From positions 34,349 to 98,348 of the forward strand of contig CAXPEB010000066.1 of the NCBI GenBank assembly GCA_964215915.1: 64,000 nucleotides of DNA. Reading direction: 5' to 3'. Origin of the DNA: Bacteroidia bacterium. GTDB taxonomy: Bacteria; Bacteroidota; Bacteroidia; UBA8524. Of the stretch, positions 10,067-21,700 are shown piece by piece (the first letter of the stretch is position 1; the number at the start of each line of letters is the position of its first letter). A program made the position numbers and the translations under genes. Below the pieces are notes generated by a model. The model searched no databases and had not been told where the DNA came from. It saw only the letters and a program-made list of their open reading frames with translations.

Positions 10067-13000
10067 ATGATAATTAACTTAGAAATGGAAAGAAGACTAC
10101 TTAGTTTTTGGCAAATCACCCGACGGCGATTTAAAGTGCCTCTAACCTTTATGGTTTTGATGGCCTTTGGTTACGCGGTGAATGCGCAGAGTTATTGCAC
10201 GCCGACTGTAACCAACCAGGCCTATTATTACATGGGCATCGTCCAATTTAACATGGGAGCCATATCCAACAATACTGGCCAGCCCAACCCTAACACGTAT
10301 TACAATGATTACTCAGGTACCTTCTCCGCAGCCTTCCAGGCAGGGGATTATGTGAGTTATTCGGTTTTGATGGGGCAGAGTAATAATACCCAGGTTACCA
10401 TATATATAGATTGGAACCAGGACAGGGTGTTTTCGCAATCGGAGCTGATGAGTAATACCGGCTCGGTGAATGCGAGCAACTGGTATAATGGAGGGTTCCA
10501 ATTACCGGCCAGCCAGCGTGAAGGTGTTTACCGCATGCGTGTGGTAGGTGATTACGGAAGTGCCCCGGCCAATAGCCCCTGTCACCTGAATTATACAGGT
10601 GAAGTGGAGGACTATACGTTTGTAGTAAGATCTAATAGTCTGGATGTGGTGGCAAATGACGCTCCTTTAAAACTGGAGATGGGTTCTAATATAATTACCA
10701 CTGCCATTGGTAATGTTAGCCCTTCCACGACTGTAACCAGCTGTGAGATCGGGTACCGGTTGGACAACGGAACTGTAACCACGCAAAATATCAGCGGGGT
10801 GAATCTGAGTCCGCTGACAGCTACACCGGTTAACTTTTCGACTCCTTTGAATATTTCCACTCCGGGAGTCTATACGCTGAAAATCTGGGCTAGAAACCCG
10901 AATGGTACCGGTGCAGGTATTGATGACAATGACACGATTTACCGCACCCTTGATGTATGTTATTCTCTTTCCGGAAATTATACCATCAATCCTTCCGGAA
11001 GCGGACCCACAAACTTTACCAGTTTTGCAGCAGCCATAGCAAAGTTGCATACTTGCGGAGTGAGCGGACCGGTTCGCTTTACGGTATCTCCGGGTACTTA
11101 TAATGAACAACTGGAGATCAATTCCATTGACGGAGCATCGGCCAGCAATCCGGTTATTTTTGATGGAGTAAATGCTGCCAGCCGAACGCTTTCTTACAAT
11201 TCTACCGATGCCAATAACCGTCATGTGATCCGTTTCAATGGAGCTAGTTTCGTTGAATTCCGTAACCTGACCATTAACGCAACCGGTTCTTCATACGGAT
11301 GGGCGGTGCACATGTATTCCAATACCCATAACATCCGTTTGGCTAAAAATATAATCCGTACCTGGGATTACAATACCACTACCGGATCAACCAACTTTAT
11401 CCCCGTGGTTTTAGCAAACTCTGCTACGAGCTATACATTTGGTTTGCAGAACACCTACGATATCGAAATCGATAGCAATACCATCCAGGGTGGGTACATC
11501 GGTGTATCCTGTTATGGATCAGGATCCAACTCCGGTGTATACGAGGTTAAAGTTCGGAATAACCGCATTGAGAACTTCTACTACTTCGGTACTTACATGG
11601 GGAATTGTGCTAACATGCAAGTTGAGCACAACAGGATTTCTCAGCGAACCAGCACAACTACCGGAGGATACGGTATTTATATGTCGGGTGTTTATGCTTC
11701 CGGCTCCTACCAGACCCGCGTTGTAGAGAACATCATTGAACGTAGCTACCAATACGGAATTTACCTGAATAGTGTAGACAACAATTCGCTGCGCGGACTG
11801 GTTGCCAATAACATTACCGGACAAGGGCTGATCAATGTGAATGCTTACGGTATCTATTCCGGGAACTCTGATAATATTGATTACTGGCATAATACCATTC
11901 TTAACCCATCGGCTACGACAAATACCGATGCTGCAGCACTGTTCCTGAATAACTCTTCGGGTTCCGACGTTCGGAACAATATATTCTATGCCAACTCGGT
12001 TGGTGCAACGGCTTATGCCCTGCATGTGAGCAACGCGTCACAGATTTCCGTACTCGATTACAATAACTACTATAAGGTTGGTGCGGATAAGTCTTCTCCT
12101 ATCATCAAAATTGAGAATGACCTTTTTTCAGCCAATGACCTGAAAGGCGGTGGCGGTTTTAATACCAATAGTGTGAGCGAAGCCCCGCTCTTCCTTTCGC
12201 AAACCGATTACCACCTGTCGTCTATTGCCGCATCTCCTTTTGGAGAAGGCAGCCTCGGGCTTACCAAGGATGTAGATGGCAATGCACGTTGTAGCCTGTT
12301 CCCGACAATCGGTGCGGATGAGTCTACCTTTATCTCAGCCAATAATCCACAGATCTTTGTGGATGACACGGTGTTTGTGGATGCTCCTACCCGGTTCTTT
12401 AATTCTGCCGCTCCCGGCGAACCAAAGAAACACAGCTGGGATGTAAATAATGGTGCCGCAACCTTCAGTACCCTGCATATTACGTATACCTTTAATCAAG
12501 CCGGTACGTATGCAGTGAAACTGGAAACAGAATCCTGCCAGGGTGTGGCCACTGATACCAAACAAGTAATTGCGGTAGTTCCGGTTGTTCCTCCTGTTTC
12601 CGACTTTATTTCCAGTGCCAACAATGTTGACCAGGGTTACACTCTGAATCTGGTTGATCAGAGTACAGGCGGACCATCTTCCTGGGTATGGACGATTACT
12701 CCGGCCGCCGGTGTGCAGTTTACAAACGGAAACACCGTACAGAACCCCGAAGTGGTATTTACGGAAACCGGTAGCTATGAAGTTTGTCTGACTGCTTCCA
12801 ACAGTGCCGGACAAGGAAACCAGATTTGTAAAACCGATTACATCCAGGTTACCGAAGCCAACAATATGTGCGCATCTAACAAGGTGAGCAAAACCTCTTC
12901 AGGTAAATTGTTTGACGCGGGCGGACGCTTCGGCGATTATTCAAACGGATCCAACTGCGGATTCCTGATCGATCCTTGTGCAAGCTCCGTTACTCTGAGC

Positions 13001-15625
13001 TTTACCAGCTTCAATGTTGACCTCGGTGATTACCTGCGTGTTTATGACGGAAGCGATGCAAACGGGACTCCATTGCATACCGGAGCCGGATTTACCGGAA
13101 CCATTGTACCTACCGACCTTACCGCTTCTACCGGTAAAATGTATGTACAGTTTGTAAGCAATTCTACCTCAACACGTTCAGGATTCGAAGCTTCCTGGAC
13201 TTCAGTAAGTAAGAGCTTTAATGCCCCTGTGGCAGCCTTCCGTGCACCGGATACGCTTTATACCGGTACTGATTTTACCTTTATCAGTAACTCTACCGGT
13301 ACCGATCCGGAAATCTCCTGGGACTTTAACGGTGATGATATTACCGATGCCATGGGTGAAATAGCGAGTTACCAGTTCAATAACCCGGGAACATACCTGG
13401 TGCGTTTGGAAATTGAAGATTGCGGCGGTATAGACGGCGCCCTCAAATCAATTGTGGTAATTGACCCCAATGCGAAACCCGATCCTGATTTTGTGAGCGA
13501 TGTACGGACAATCGTACCGGGACAAACGGTTCGTTTCTATGACCGCTCAACTCAAGCGCCTCAAAACTGGCAGTGGAAAATCACTCCGGGAACCATCACG
13601 TATAAAAATGGTACGGATGAATACTCTCAAAACCCGATCATCTCTTTTAATCAGGTTGGTAACTACGATGTGAAACTTATCGCAACCAATGCTTTTGGAA
13701 CCGATAGTGTGCTGAAGACTTCTGCCATCAACGTAGTGGAATACTGCTTCCCGGGAGCCGGACTTAATACGGACCTTGGAATTACCCGTGTGACTTTTGC
13801 CGGTATTGATAATGTATCGGTAATCGGACCGCAAACGTATTCCGATTATTCAACCAGCGTAAAATCTGCAGCCGTTCAAAAAGGTACCAAATACCCGATC
13901 ACCATCCTGCGTGCTACCAATAATGAGGATATGTCACGTAAGGTATGGATTGATTATAACGGTGACGGAGTATTCTCCGCTAATGAAGAAGTCGCTGGTC
14001 ATGTAGCAGATAAATCCATCAGCTGGACGGATTCCATCGCTATACCGACAACAGTATCGGAAGGTTCTACACGGATGCGTATCGGAACCAGTTACGGAAT
14101 TACCAATAACAGCCCATGCGGCGTGAATCCTTACGGGGAGTTTGAAGACTATACCATCACCATTTATGAAAACCTCACCCGTCCGGTGATTACACTCATC
14201 GGCTCTGAAGTGGTGAATATCGAAGTGGGTCAGTCTTATTCTGACTCAGGAGCCACCGCTACGGATGATCTCGACGGTAACCTGACTGCCAACCTGATTA
14301 GCAGCACCAACCTGAACACCCAAGTGGTAGGTACTTATTATTACCGCTACAGTGTAACAGACAACAACGGTAACAGTGCTGAAGAAACACGTATCATTAA
14401 TGTAACACCTGATATCACTCCTCCTCAAATCACCCTGTTGGGCAACAACCCCTTCAATGTGGTATTGGGTAGCCAGTTTGTAGATCCGGGTGCTACCGCC
14501 GTGGATAATCTTGACGGTGTAATTACTTCCCGCATCCAGGTAACCGGTTTTGTGAACAGTTTCCAGATCGGACAGTACACCCTGACTTACAGTGTGAGCG
14601 ATTTGGCAGGTAACCTTACCACCGATCAGCGTACAGTGATCGTGGGAGATACCACACTTCCGAATATCTACCTGAAAGGCGCGGATACCGTATACATCGC
14701 TCTTGGCGCTGCGTACAATGATCCGGGTGCTATCGTGATCGACAATGGCTCTGCCAACCTACCGTATAATGTTGACCTGAGTGTTATCGATAATACCGTG
14801 GTAGGTGACTATACATTGACCTATACAGCTACTGATAGTTCAGGTAACCAAGCTCTTCCGGTTTACCGTGTAGTAGGAGTACGTGACATTACTGCTCCTA
14901 TGCTGACCCTTCTGGGAGACACGGTTCGTATGGAAGTACATACCTTCTATAATGAGCCGGGTTATCTGGTAAGTGATAACTACGATGCAACTGTACCGGT
15001 TGTGATTTCCGGATCGGTAGATACGGCGCATACCGGCCTCTACCTCCTGATCTACAGTGCAACCGATGCCGGTGGTAACAGCTCCGCCGTGCGCTACCGG
15101 ATTGTGCAGGTTATGGATACAAAAGCACCGGTTATCGAACTGAATGGCGATAAGATACTTACCCTTTGCCGCTGGGAGAAATACACAGATCCCGGTTATG
15201 TGGTAACCGACAACTACGATCAAAATATCGAAGTGGAAGTGGAAAGCAACCTGAACACCAGCTGGGAAGGTCTGTATTCTATCCGCTACACTGCTGAGGA
15301 TGAAGCCGGCAACAAAGCTCTTGCCCAGGAACGCCTGATCCGTGTGATTGCCTGTGTAACAGGTATAGACGATCAGGAAGACATGAAGCTGAGCCTGTAT
15401 CCGAACCCAAGCACGGGTGAAGTTCACCTCAGATCTGAGACCGGATTCCGGTCTGAGCCGGAGATCCTGATCACCGATGCTCAAGGCAAAACGGTCAACT
15501 TCCACAGCGAAAAAACTTCCGATGAGGTCCATATCGACCTTGGAAATAGTGCTCCCGGAATCTATTTCGTTCGCGTTAATCTGAACGGAAACCTAAGCAC
15601 ATTTAAGATTCAACTTACACGTTGA
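10067..15625 (+). CDS. Large T9SS cargo / putative adhesin 1: GEVED - Ig-like - parallel beta-helix - PKD-PKD-CUB-PKD-PKD - GEVED - 5x DUF5011 - type A CTD
   Basis: Signal peptide ending VNA-Q; GEVEDY and GEFEDY; GIY-rich beta-helix ending DVDGNAR..GADE; PKD WDF/W motifs; CUB (YSNGSNCGFLI...DYLRVYDG...GFEASW); five P-x-I-x-L-x-G...DPG repeats; CTD LYPNPSTG...GIYFVRV. Alternative ATG at 10085. Confidence 0.85.
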   Translation: MIINLEMERRLLSFWQITRRRFKVPLTFMVLMAFGYAVNAQSYCTPTVTNQAYYYMGIVQFNMGAISNNTGQPNPNTYYNDYSGTFSAAFQAGDYVSYSVLMGQSNNTQVTIYIDWNQDRVFSQSELMSNTGSVNASNWYNGGFQLPASQREGVYRMRVVGDYGSAPANSPCHLNYTGEVEDYTFVVRSNSLDVVANDAPLKLEMGSNIITTAIGNVSPSTTVTSCEIGYRLDNGTVTTQNISGVNLSPLTATPVNFSTPLNISTPGVYTLKIWARNPNGTGAGIDDNDTIYRTLDVCYSLSGNYTINPSGSGPTNFTSFAAAIAKLHTCGVSGPVRFTVSPGTYNEQLEINSIDGASASNPVIFDGVNAASRTLSYNSTDANNRHVIRFNGASFVEFRNLTINATGSSYGWAVHMYSNTHNIRLAKNIIRTWDYNTTTGSTNFIPVVLANSATSYTFGLQNTYDIEIDSNTIQGGYIGVSCYGSGSNSGVYEVKVRNNRIENFYYFGTYMGNCANMQVEHNRISQRTSTTTGGYGIYMSGVYASGSYQTRVVENIIERSYQYGIYLNSVDNNSLRGLVANNITGQGLINVNAYGIYSGNSDNIDYWHNTILNPSATTNTDAAALFLNNSSGSDVRNNIFYANSVGATAYALHVSNASQISVLDYNNYYKVGADKSSPIIKIENDLFSANDLKGGGGFNTNSVSEAPLFLSQTDYHLSSIAASPFGEGSLGLTKDVDGNARCSLFPTIGADESTFISANNPQIFVDDTVFVDAPTRFFNSAAPGEPKKHSWDVNNGAATFSTLHITYTFNQAGTYAVKLETESCQGVATDTKQVIAVVPVVPPVSDFISSANNVDQGYTLNLVDQSTGGPSSWVWTITPAAGVQFTNGNTVQNPEVVFTETGSYEVCLTASNSAGQGNQICKTDYIQVTEANNMCASNKVSKTSSGKLFDAGGRFGDYSNGSNCGFLIDPCASSVTLSFTSFNVDLGDYLRVYDGSDANGTPLHTGAGFTGTIVPTDLTASTGKMYVQFVSNSTSTRSGFEASWTSVSKSFNAPVAAFRAPDTLYTGTDFTFISNSTGTDPEISWDFNGDDITDAMGEIASYQFNNPGTYLVRLEIEDCGGIDGALKSIVVIDPNAKPDPDFVSDVRTIVPGQTVRFYDRSTQAPQNWQWKITPGTITYKNGTDEYSQNPIISFNQVGNYDVKLIATNAFGTDSVLKTSAINVVEYCFPGAGLNTDLGITRVTFAGIDNVSVIGPQTYSDYSTSVKSAAVQKGTKYPITILRATNNEDMSRKVWIDYNGDGVFSANEEVAGHVADKSISWTDSIAIPTTVSEGSTRMRIGTSYGITNNSPCGVNPYGEFEDYTITIYENLTRPVITLIGSEVVNIEVGQSYSDSGATATDDLDGNLTANLISSTNLNTQVVGTYYYRYSVTDNNGNSAEETRIINVTPDITPPQITLLGNNPFNVVLGSQFVDPGATAVDNLDGVITSRIQVTGFVNSFQIGQYTLTYSVSDLAGNLTTDQRTVIVGDTTLPNIYLKGADTVYIALGAAYNDPGAIVIDNGSANLPYNVDLSVIDNTVVGDYTLTYTATDSSGNQALPVYRVVGVRDITAPMLTLLGDTVRMEVHTFYNEPGYLVSDNYDATVPVVISGSVDTAHTGLYLLIYSATDAGGNSSAVRYRIVQVMDTKAPVIELNGDKILTLCRWEKYTDPGYVVTDNYDQNIEVEVESNLNTSWEGLYSIRYTAEDEAGNKALAQERLIRVIACVTGIDDQEDMKLSLYPNPSTGEVHLRSETGFRSEPEILITDAQGKTVNFHSEKTSDEVHIDLGNSAPGIYFVRVNLNGNLSTFKIQLTR

Positions 15626-15638
15626 GATTTGGTTTGGC

Positions 15639-15670
15639 AGGCTGGCGGACTTCGGTCCGCCGGCCTCTTT
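15639..15670 (+). terminator. Intergenic GC-rich hairpin with a C(UUCG)G tetraloop (terminator or mRNA stabiliser)
   Basis: AGGCTGGCGGAC-TTCG-GTCCGCCGGCCT followed by CTTTT. Confidence 0.7.
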
Positions 15671-15711
15671 TAAAGTGTAGACATTCAATGAAAAACAAAT
15701 ACCCAAAACAC

Positions 15712-18700
15712 ATGAAAGCCAGAGTTTTATTACAAAGCCTGTTCTTTCTTATTGCCCTAACGGCAGGGCCATGGGCAAGAGGACAATCCTATTGTACGCC
15801 TTCCTTCACCAATTTGAATTCCTACAACTGCGGTATCAGTGCCCTTACCATGGGGTCTCTGTACAACAGTACAGGAACGAACTATCAGCAACCTTACACT
15901 GATTTTTCTGCTTCCATGTTTGTCAGCTACACCGCTGGAGCTACCGTGAATTATTCGGTGCTTGCCGGGCCAAGTAACTCGACAAACGTTGCGGTGTACA
16001 TTGATTGGAACAACGATTACAACTTCTCGGCTTCCGAGAAAATGGATGAATCCGGTCAGTTTAACTCAAACAGCACCTACAACGGTTCATTCGATGTGCC
16101 CATTACCCAAACCCCCGGTGTTTACCGGATGCGGGTTGCCGGTGATATCGGGTTCATTTCTCCTCCCGGACCTTGTAGTATGACTTATTCCGGAGATGTG
16201 GAGGACTACAGCTTTGTGGTTCTGAACAACTCTCTGGATGTTATGGCCATCGATGCCAATAAAACGCTGAATATCGGTAACAATACCATTTCACTGACTT
16301 TTGCTAACGTAACCCAGGGAACAACGGTAAATACCGTTGACATCGGTTATAGCCTGAATAACGGGACTCCTGTTACCCAATCCCTGAGCAGCCTTGGGCT
16401 GACGCAGGGTGGTATTCAATCGGTAAATTTCAGCCAACTGCTGAATATCTCTACTCCGGGTATCTATACCCTGAAGGTGTGGGTGCGTAACCCTAACGGA
16501 CAGGGTGGAGGTATCAATACCAATGATACCATTACCCGGGTTATCCAGGCCTGTTACCCCCTGAATGGTACGTATACCATTGACCCAAATGGTTCAGGTG
16601 GATCCAACTTCACCACATTTGAAGATGCGGTTAGTCAACTGATCACCTGCGGGGTGAATGGCCCTGTGGATTTCCAGATTGCTTCCGGCACTTATGCCGA
16701 GCAGATCAGTATCCCGGAAATTTCCGGTGCTTCTTCCACCAATACGATTCGTTTCGTAGGTGCCGGAAGAAGTTCAACCACGCTTACCTATGCCAATCAG
16801 GATAATGATAAACGGCACACGCTGCAATTCAACGGAGCTTCTTATATCTCTTTTGAAAACATGACGATCCGCTCCACAAACGGTTCGTTTGGCTGGACTG
16901 TGCATCTGACCGGTTCCGGCGGGGTGCATGACATCAAACTGAGAAAGCTGGATATTCTTTGTGACGGAGGAGGAACCAGTACCACCAATAATAATTTTAT
17001 CGGGGTGGCATTCTCTGCTTCTTCATCCAACAATACCTCTAACGTACTGGCATACAACAACCTTGTGGATAGTTGTTTGATTACCGGTGGTTATTGCGGA
17101 ATTTCCTTCTATGGGGTAACCAGCAATAACTCCAACTACGGAAACTACTTCACGAACAATACTATCCAGGACGCCTATTACTACGGGATCTATACCGGCT
17201 ATCTCCATGAGATGAAAATCATGGGCAATGTGATTACCCCGAGAACTACCGGTAATACAACTACAAACTCACAAGGTATCTACTCTGCAAATAGCAGTAA
17301 CAGTTACCCACTTCTGCATGAAATCAGCGGAAACCGCATATATAACTGCGGTACTTATGGCATCTACCTTACTTCTTCAAGTGGTTCGGTGGGTTCCCGC
17401 GGTGTGATCAAAAACAACATGATCGGTGGGGACTTCCGCAGTACTTCCAATAACTACGGTATCTACATGAATTACAGTTACTGGTGGAATGTGTACAACA
17501 ACTCCATTAACATGAATTCTAACCCGAGTGGAGATAATGTTGGCTTCTATACTACCAATAACTCCAACCAGTTCAACCTGGATGTGCGGAATAACATGAT
17601 TCAGGTAACAGGTACTTCAGGGAATTTACTGGCGCTTTTTGCCTCTGATGCAACCGTATTCTCCAACCTTGACTACAATAACTATGTGGTTAAGAACGGA
17701 CCTAACCTGATCAATATCGGTCAGTCTCTGAGCGCGGCGAACTTCAAAGGAGCGTATTCTTTTAACAGCAATTCCTTTTCTATTGAGTCTCCGTTCCAGA
17801 GCAGCACGAACCTGAGATATTCTAACGGTTGTGTAACCGGTATCCAGCTTGCAGAAGTAACTAAGGATATCGATGGGGACACCCGTACCTCCACTCCGAA
17901 TGTGGGTGCCGATGAGTTTATCAATGCCTCTACCAATGACATTGGTATATTGAGCATCGTTTCACCTTCCACCCAGGTTTCTCCAGGGGCTCAGGATGTG
18001 GTGGTTCGTCTGAAAAACTTCGGAACCAATACCATCACTTCCGCACAGATTTCCTATATGCATAACGGAGGAACTCCTGTAACGATTTCCTGGTCAGGTG
18101 TTCTGTTACCCTGCGGTGAGGTGGATATTACTTTCACCGGAAGCAATCAGGTAACCATTGTTGCGGGTATCAATAATATCCATGCATACACAACACTTCC
18201 TAACGGTGCTGCCGATAACTTCCCGGGTAATGACGGAACGGAAACACAGGTTTGTCCTGCCATGAGCGGAAACTTTACCATTGATCAGAACGGATCCGGT
18301 GGTAGTAACTTCAAAAGCTTCAAAGCGGCAGTAGATGCCCTTTCCTGTTCCGGTCTTAATGGCCCGGTTTATTTTAGCGTTGCAGCCGGTAATTACAACG
18401 AGCAAATTGAAATCCGCAATATCCAGGGATCGTCTTCTGTTAACACGATCACTTTTGACGGAGGCGACGGTAATGCGGCCAGCCGTGTTCTGACATTCTC
18501 CAATGCGCAGAACACCAATCGCCATACCTTGCTTTTGGACAATGTTAAGTATCTGACGCTTAGAAATATCAGTGTTCTGGGCCAAAGCCCCAACTATGGC
18601 TGGGTTATCCACCTGTTTGGAAACGGTAACGAGAACATCAGTATCGAAAATTGCCGTGTAGGTTTGTCCGGTTCACCGGCAAGCTCCACCAGCAGCAACT

Positions 18701-21700
18701 TCATTCCTATCGTTGCATGTAACAACAGCACCTCGCAGTATAACAATGCGACGTTCAAGAACATCACGGTTGATAGTTGTGAGATCCTGCGCGGATATTT
18801 CGGAATATTCTTCTACGGTAACAACAACAGCAACAACACAGACATTTTTGTTACCAATAACTATTTCGATCAGCCTTATTACTATGGCTACTACCATTAC
18901 TACACCAATGCGGTAAAGGTTGAAAACAATGTGGTAAGAATGCGTCCCGGGAATACCAATAGCTACGGGTTCTACATGACCAGTACATATGCTACCGGTT
19001 CTTCCTTTACCAGCTTTGCCAACAACATCATTACCAATGCCGGTCGTTATGGTATCTACCTGTCCTCAGTTGATAATAACAGCTCATCCAAAAAAGGGGA
19101 GATCGTAAACAACATGATCGGAGGTGGTTTTACCCATTCTTCAAGTGTTGGTCTGTACATGTCTTCTTGCGATGCCTGGAACATTTATCATAACAGCATC
19201 AACATCGATTACAGGATTACCTCTTCTACTTCAGCAGCCTGGTACGCCAGCAGTTGTACGCAGTTGGATGCAAGGAACAACGTTTTTGCGTTGACCAATC
19301 CTTCACAAAACAGCGGTTCGGTATTCCCGGTATATATGAACGGAAGCTCCGGACTTGTATGTGATTATAACAACTACTACAAGCCTGGATCTACCAGCAA
19401 CTTTATCCGGATTAACGGATCGAACTACAATGCCAGCAACTTCATCGGTGGCGGAGGATTTAACAACAATTCTTATTTCCGCTATCCGGAGTTCATCAGT
19501 TCAATGGATCTGCACTCCAATAATGGTTGTTTGATCGGAACACAGCTTGCTTCCGTAACAAAGGATATCGATGGCGATAACCGCCCATCTAACCCAAGCC
19601 TGGGTGCCGATGAGGGGTATAGCCTTGATGCCAATGTCAGTGCAATCATCGCTCCTTCCGGAACTACTGTTACCGGCACACAGGATGTGATTTACAGAGT
19701 GAAGAATGGCGGCAAAACCACCATCACTTCCTTTACGGCCTACTACTCCATTAACGGTGGCGCGCCGGTAAGTCAAAACTGGACTGGCACCATGGATCCT
19801 TGTGATTCCGTGACCATCACCTTTACCGGTGGACAAGCTGCAGCCATCCCGAACAGCGGTGTGGTTACACTGGCTGCCTACATCGGCGGTGTAAACGGAG
19901 GTAATGACGACAACCAGTTGAATGACTCCACTTCCAACGCTTATTGCAACGGTCCGATGAGCGGTGTTTACACCGTAATTCCGGGTAATGCGGCTAACCG
20001 TAACTTCCCTGATCTGGCCACAGTAATGAATGTGCTCAACTCTTGTGGTATGAGTGGCGATGTGGAACTGCAAATTGGCACCGGAGTATTCCAAAACCAG
20101 GTTCTGCTTGACCCCAACCAGATCAGTGGTTTGGCTAGTTACCGCCTGTCCTTCATCGGGGTTGATTCTGCCAGTTCAATCATTACCTACAACAGCGGAG
20201 GATATACAGTACGGCTTAACGGTGCAGACAATGTAACCTTCCGCAACCTGGGTATTCATAACACAGGTACCAGCAGTGCCTTTGCGGTTCACCTGACCAA
20301 TGGTGCGGATAACAACCTGTTTGAGCATTGTCATATCTCTGCTCCCTCGGTTTCCAATACTTCCGTAATCGCATTCGGAATTATGGGACCGAGCTATACC
20401 AATACCGGTCAGATCTGGGGTCAGAACAACACCCTGCAGGATAGCCGTATAGAAGGCGGTTACCGTACCGTACATATCTACGGATCAGGTAACTCCAGCC
20501 TGCTTGCGCCAAGCAACCGCGTACTTCGCAACTACATTGTTGACGGATACAACTATAGTGTTTACTTCTACTTCCAGTCTTCACCGGAATTAGTTGACAA
20601 CTATATTACCGCTCCCTCAACGGCTTCTGCGGTTAGCTACTACAGTTACTGCGAATCCATTAAAGTTGAGCGGAACTTCATTTATGGAGCAAACCAGTAT
20701 GGTCTCTACCTGACACAGTGTAACCCCAGTACCAGTTACCCAACCGGTGTGGTTACCAATAACATGATCGGTGGGCAGAGCAACACAGGTACTCCTTATG
20801 GTATTTACACCATCAATACCTACAACATGAACTTCTTCCACAACTCGATCTATATGAACGGTAACGGAAATACTTCCCGTGCCTTCTATCAGAGTAACGG
20901 ATCAGGTAACCAGTTGGTGAACAATATCTTTGTAAGTGATGCTCCGAACGGGCATGCCATGTACTTGAACTCCAACAACGCGTTCAATACCGTGGATTAC
21001 AACATACTCTACTCAGCCTCTGCCAACCTGGCTTATACCTGGGGGACAACGTTCTATGACATGGCTTCTCTGCAAGCCTCGAACGCTAACTTCAACGTAA
21101 ATTCCCTGTCTCAGTTCCCGAACTTCATCAATGTAGCGGGTGTAGAACCTAACCTGCACCTTACCAGTGATGTAGCTGCTCCGCAGGGTGATAATACCCT
21201 GGGTGTAAATGTGGACATTGACAATGATAGCCGTTGCCCGGTTTCCAAAACCATTGGGGCGGATGAGTCCGAGTACATTGATGCCGTGACCATTCGTTTC
21301 ACCATGTCCGATACCGTATTCGTGAACGCTCCCTTTACCGCTATCAATGCGGATATCCCGGGAAGCCTGCGTAGCTACGAATGGGACTTCGGTAACGACG
21401 GATCCATTGATGCGACCACGTTCAACGCTACTTATGCCTTTAACACCACCGGTGTTAAAGAAGTAAAACTGAAAAGTTCTTCCTGTAACGGTGCAGACAG
21501 TCTGATTCTGACTGTTGTCGTGATCAACCCGACCGCCATCCCGCAGGCTGACTTTATCTCTGATAAATACACCCTGGCTCCGTTTGAGACCATGAAGTTG
21601 CAGGATCTCAGTACCAACGGACCTACCGCCTGGACCTGGAGCATTACACCTAACCCGAACGGATTGGTGTTCTATGATCCATACGCACAGAACCCTGAAG

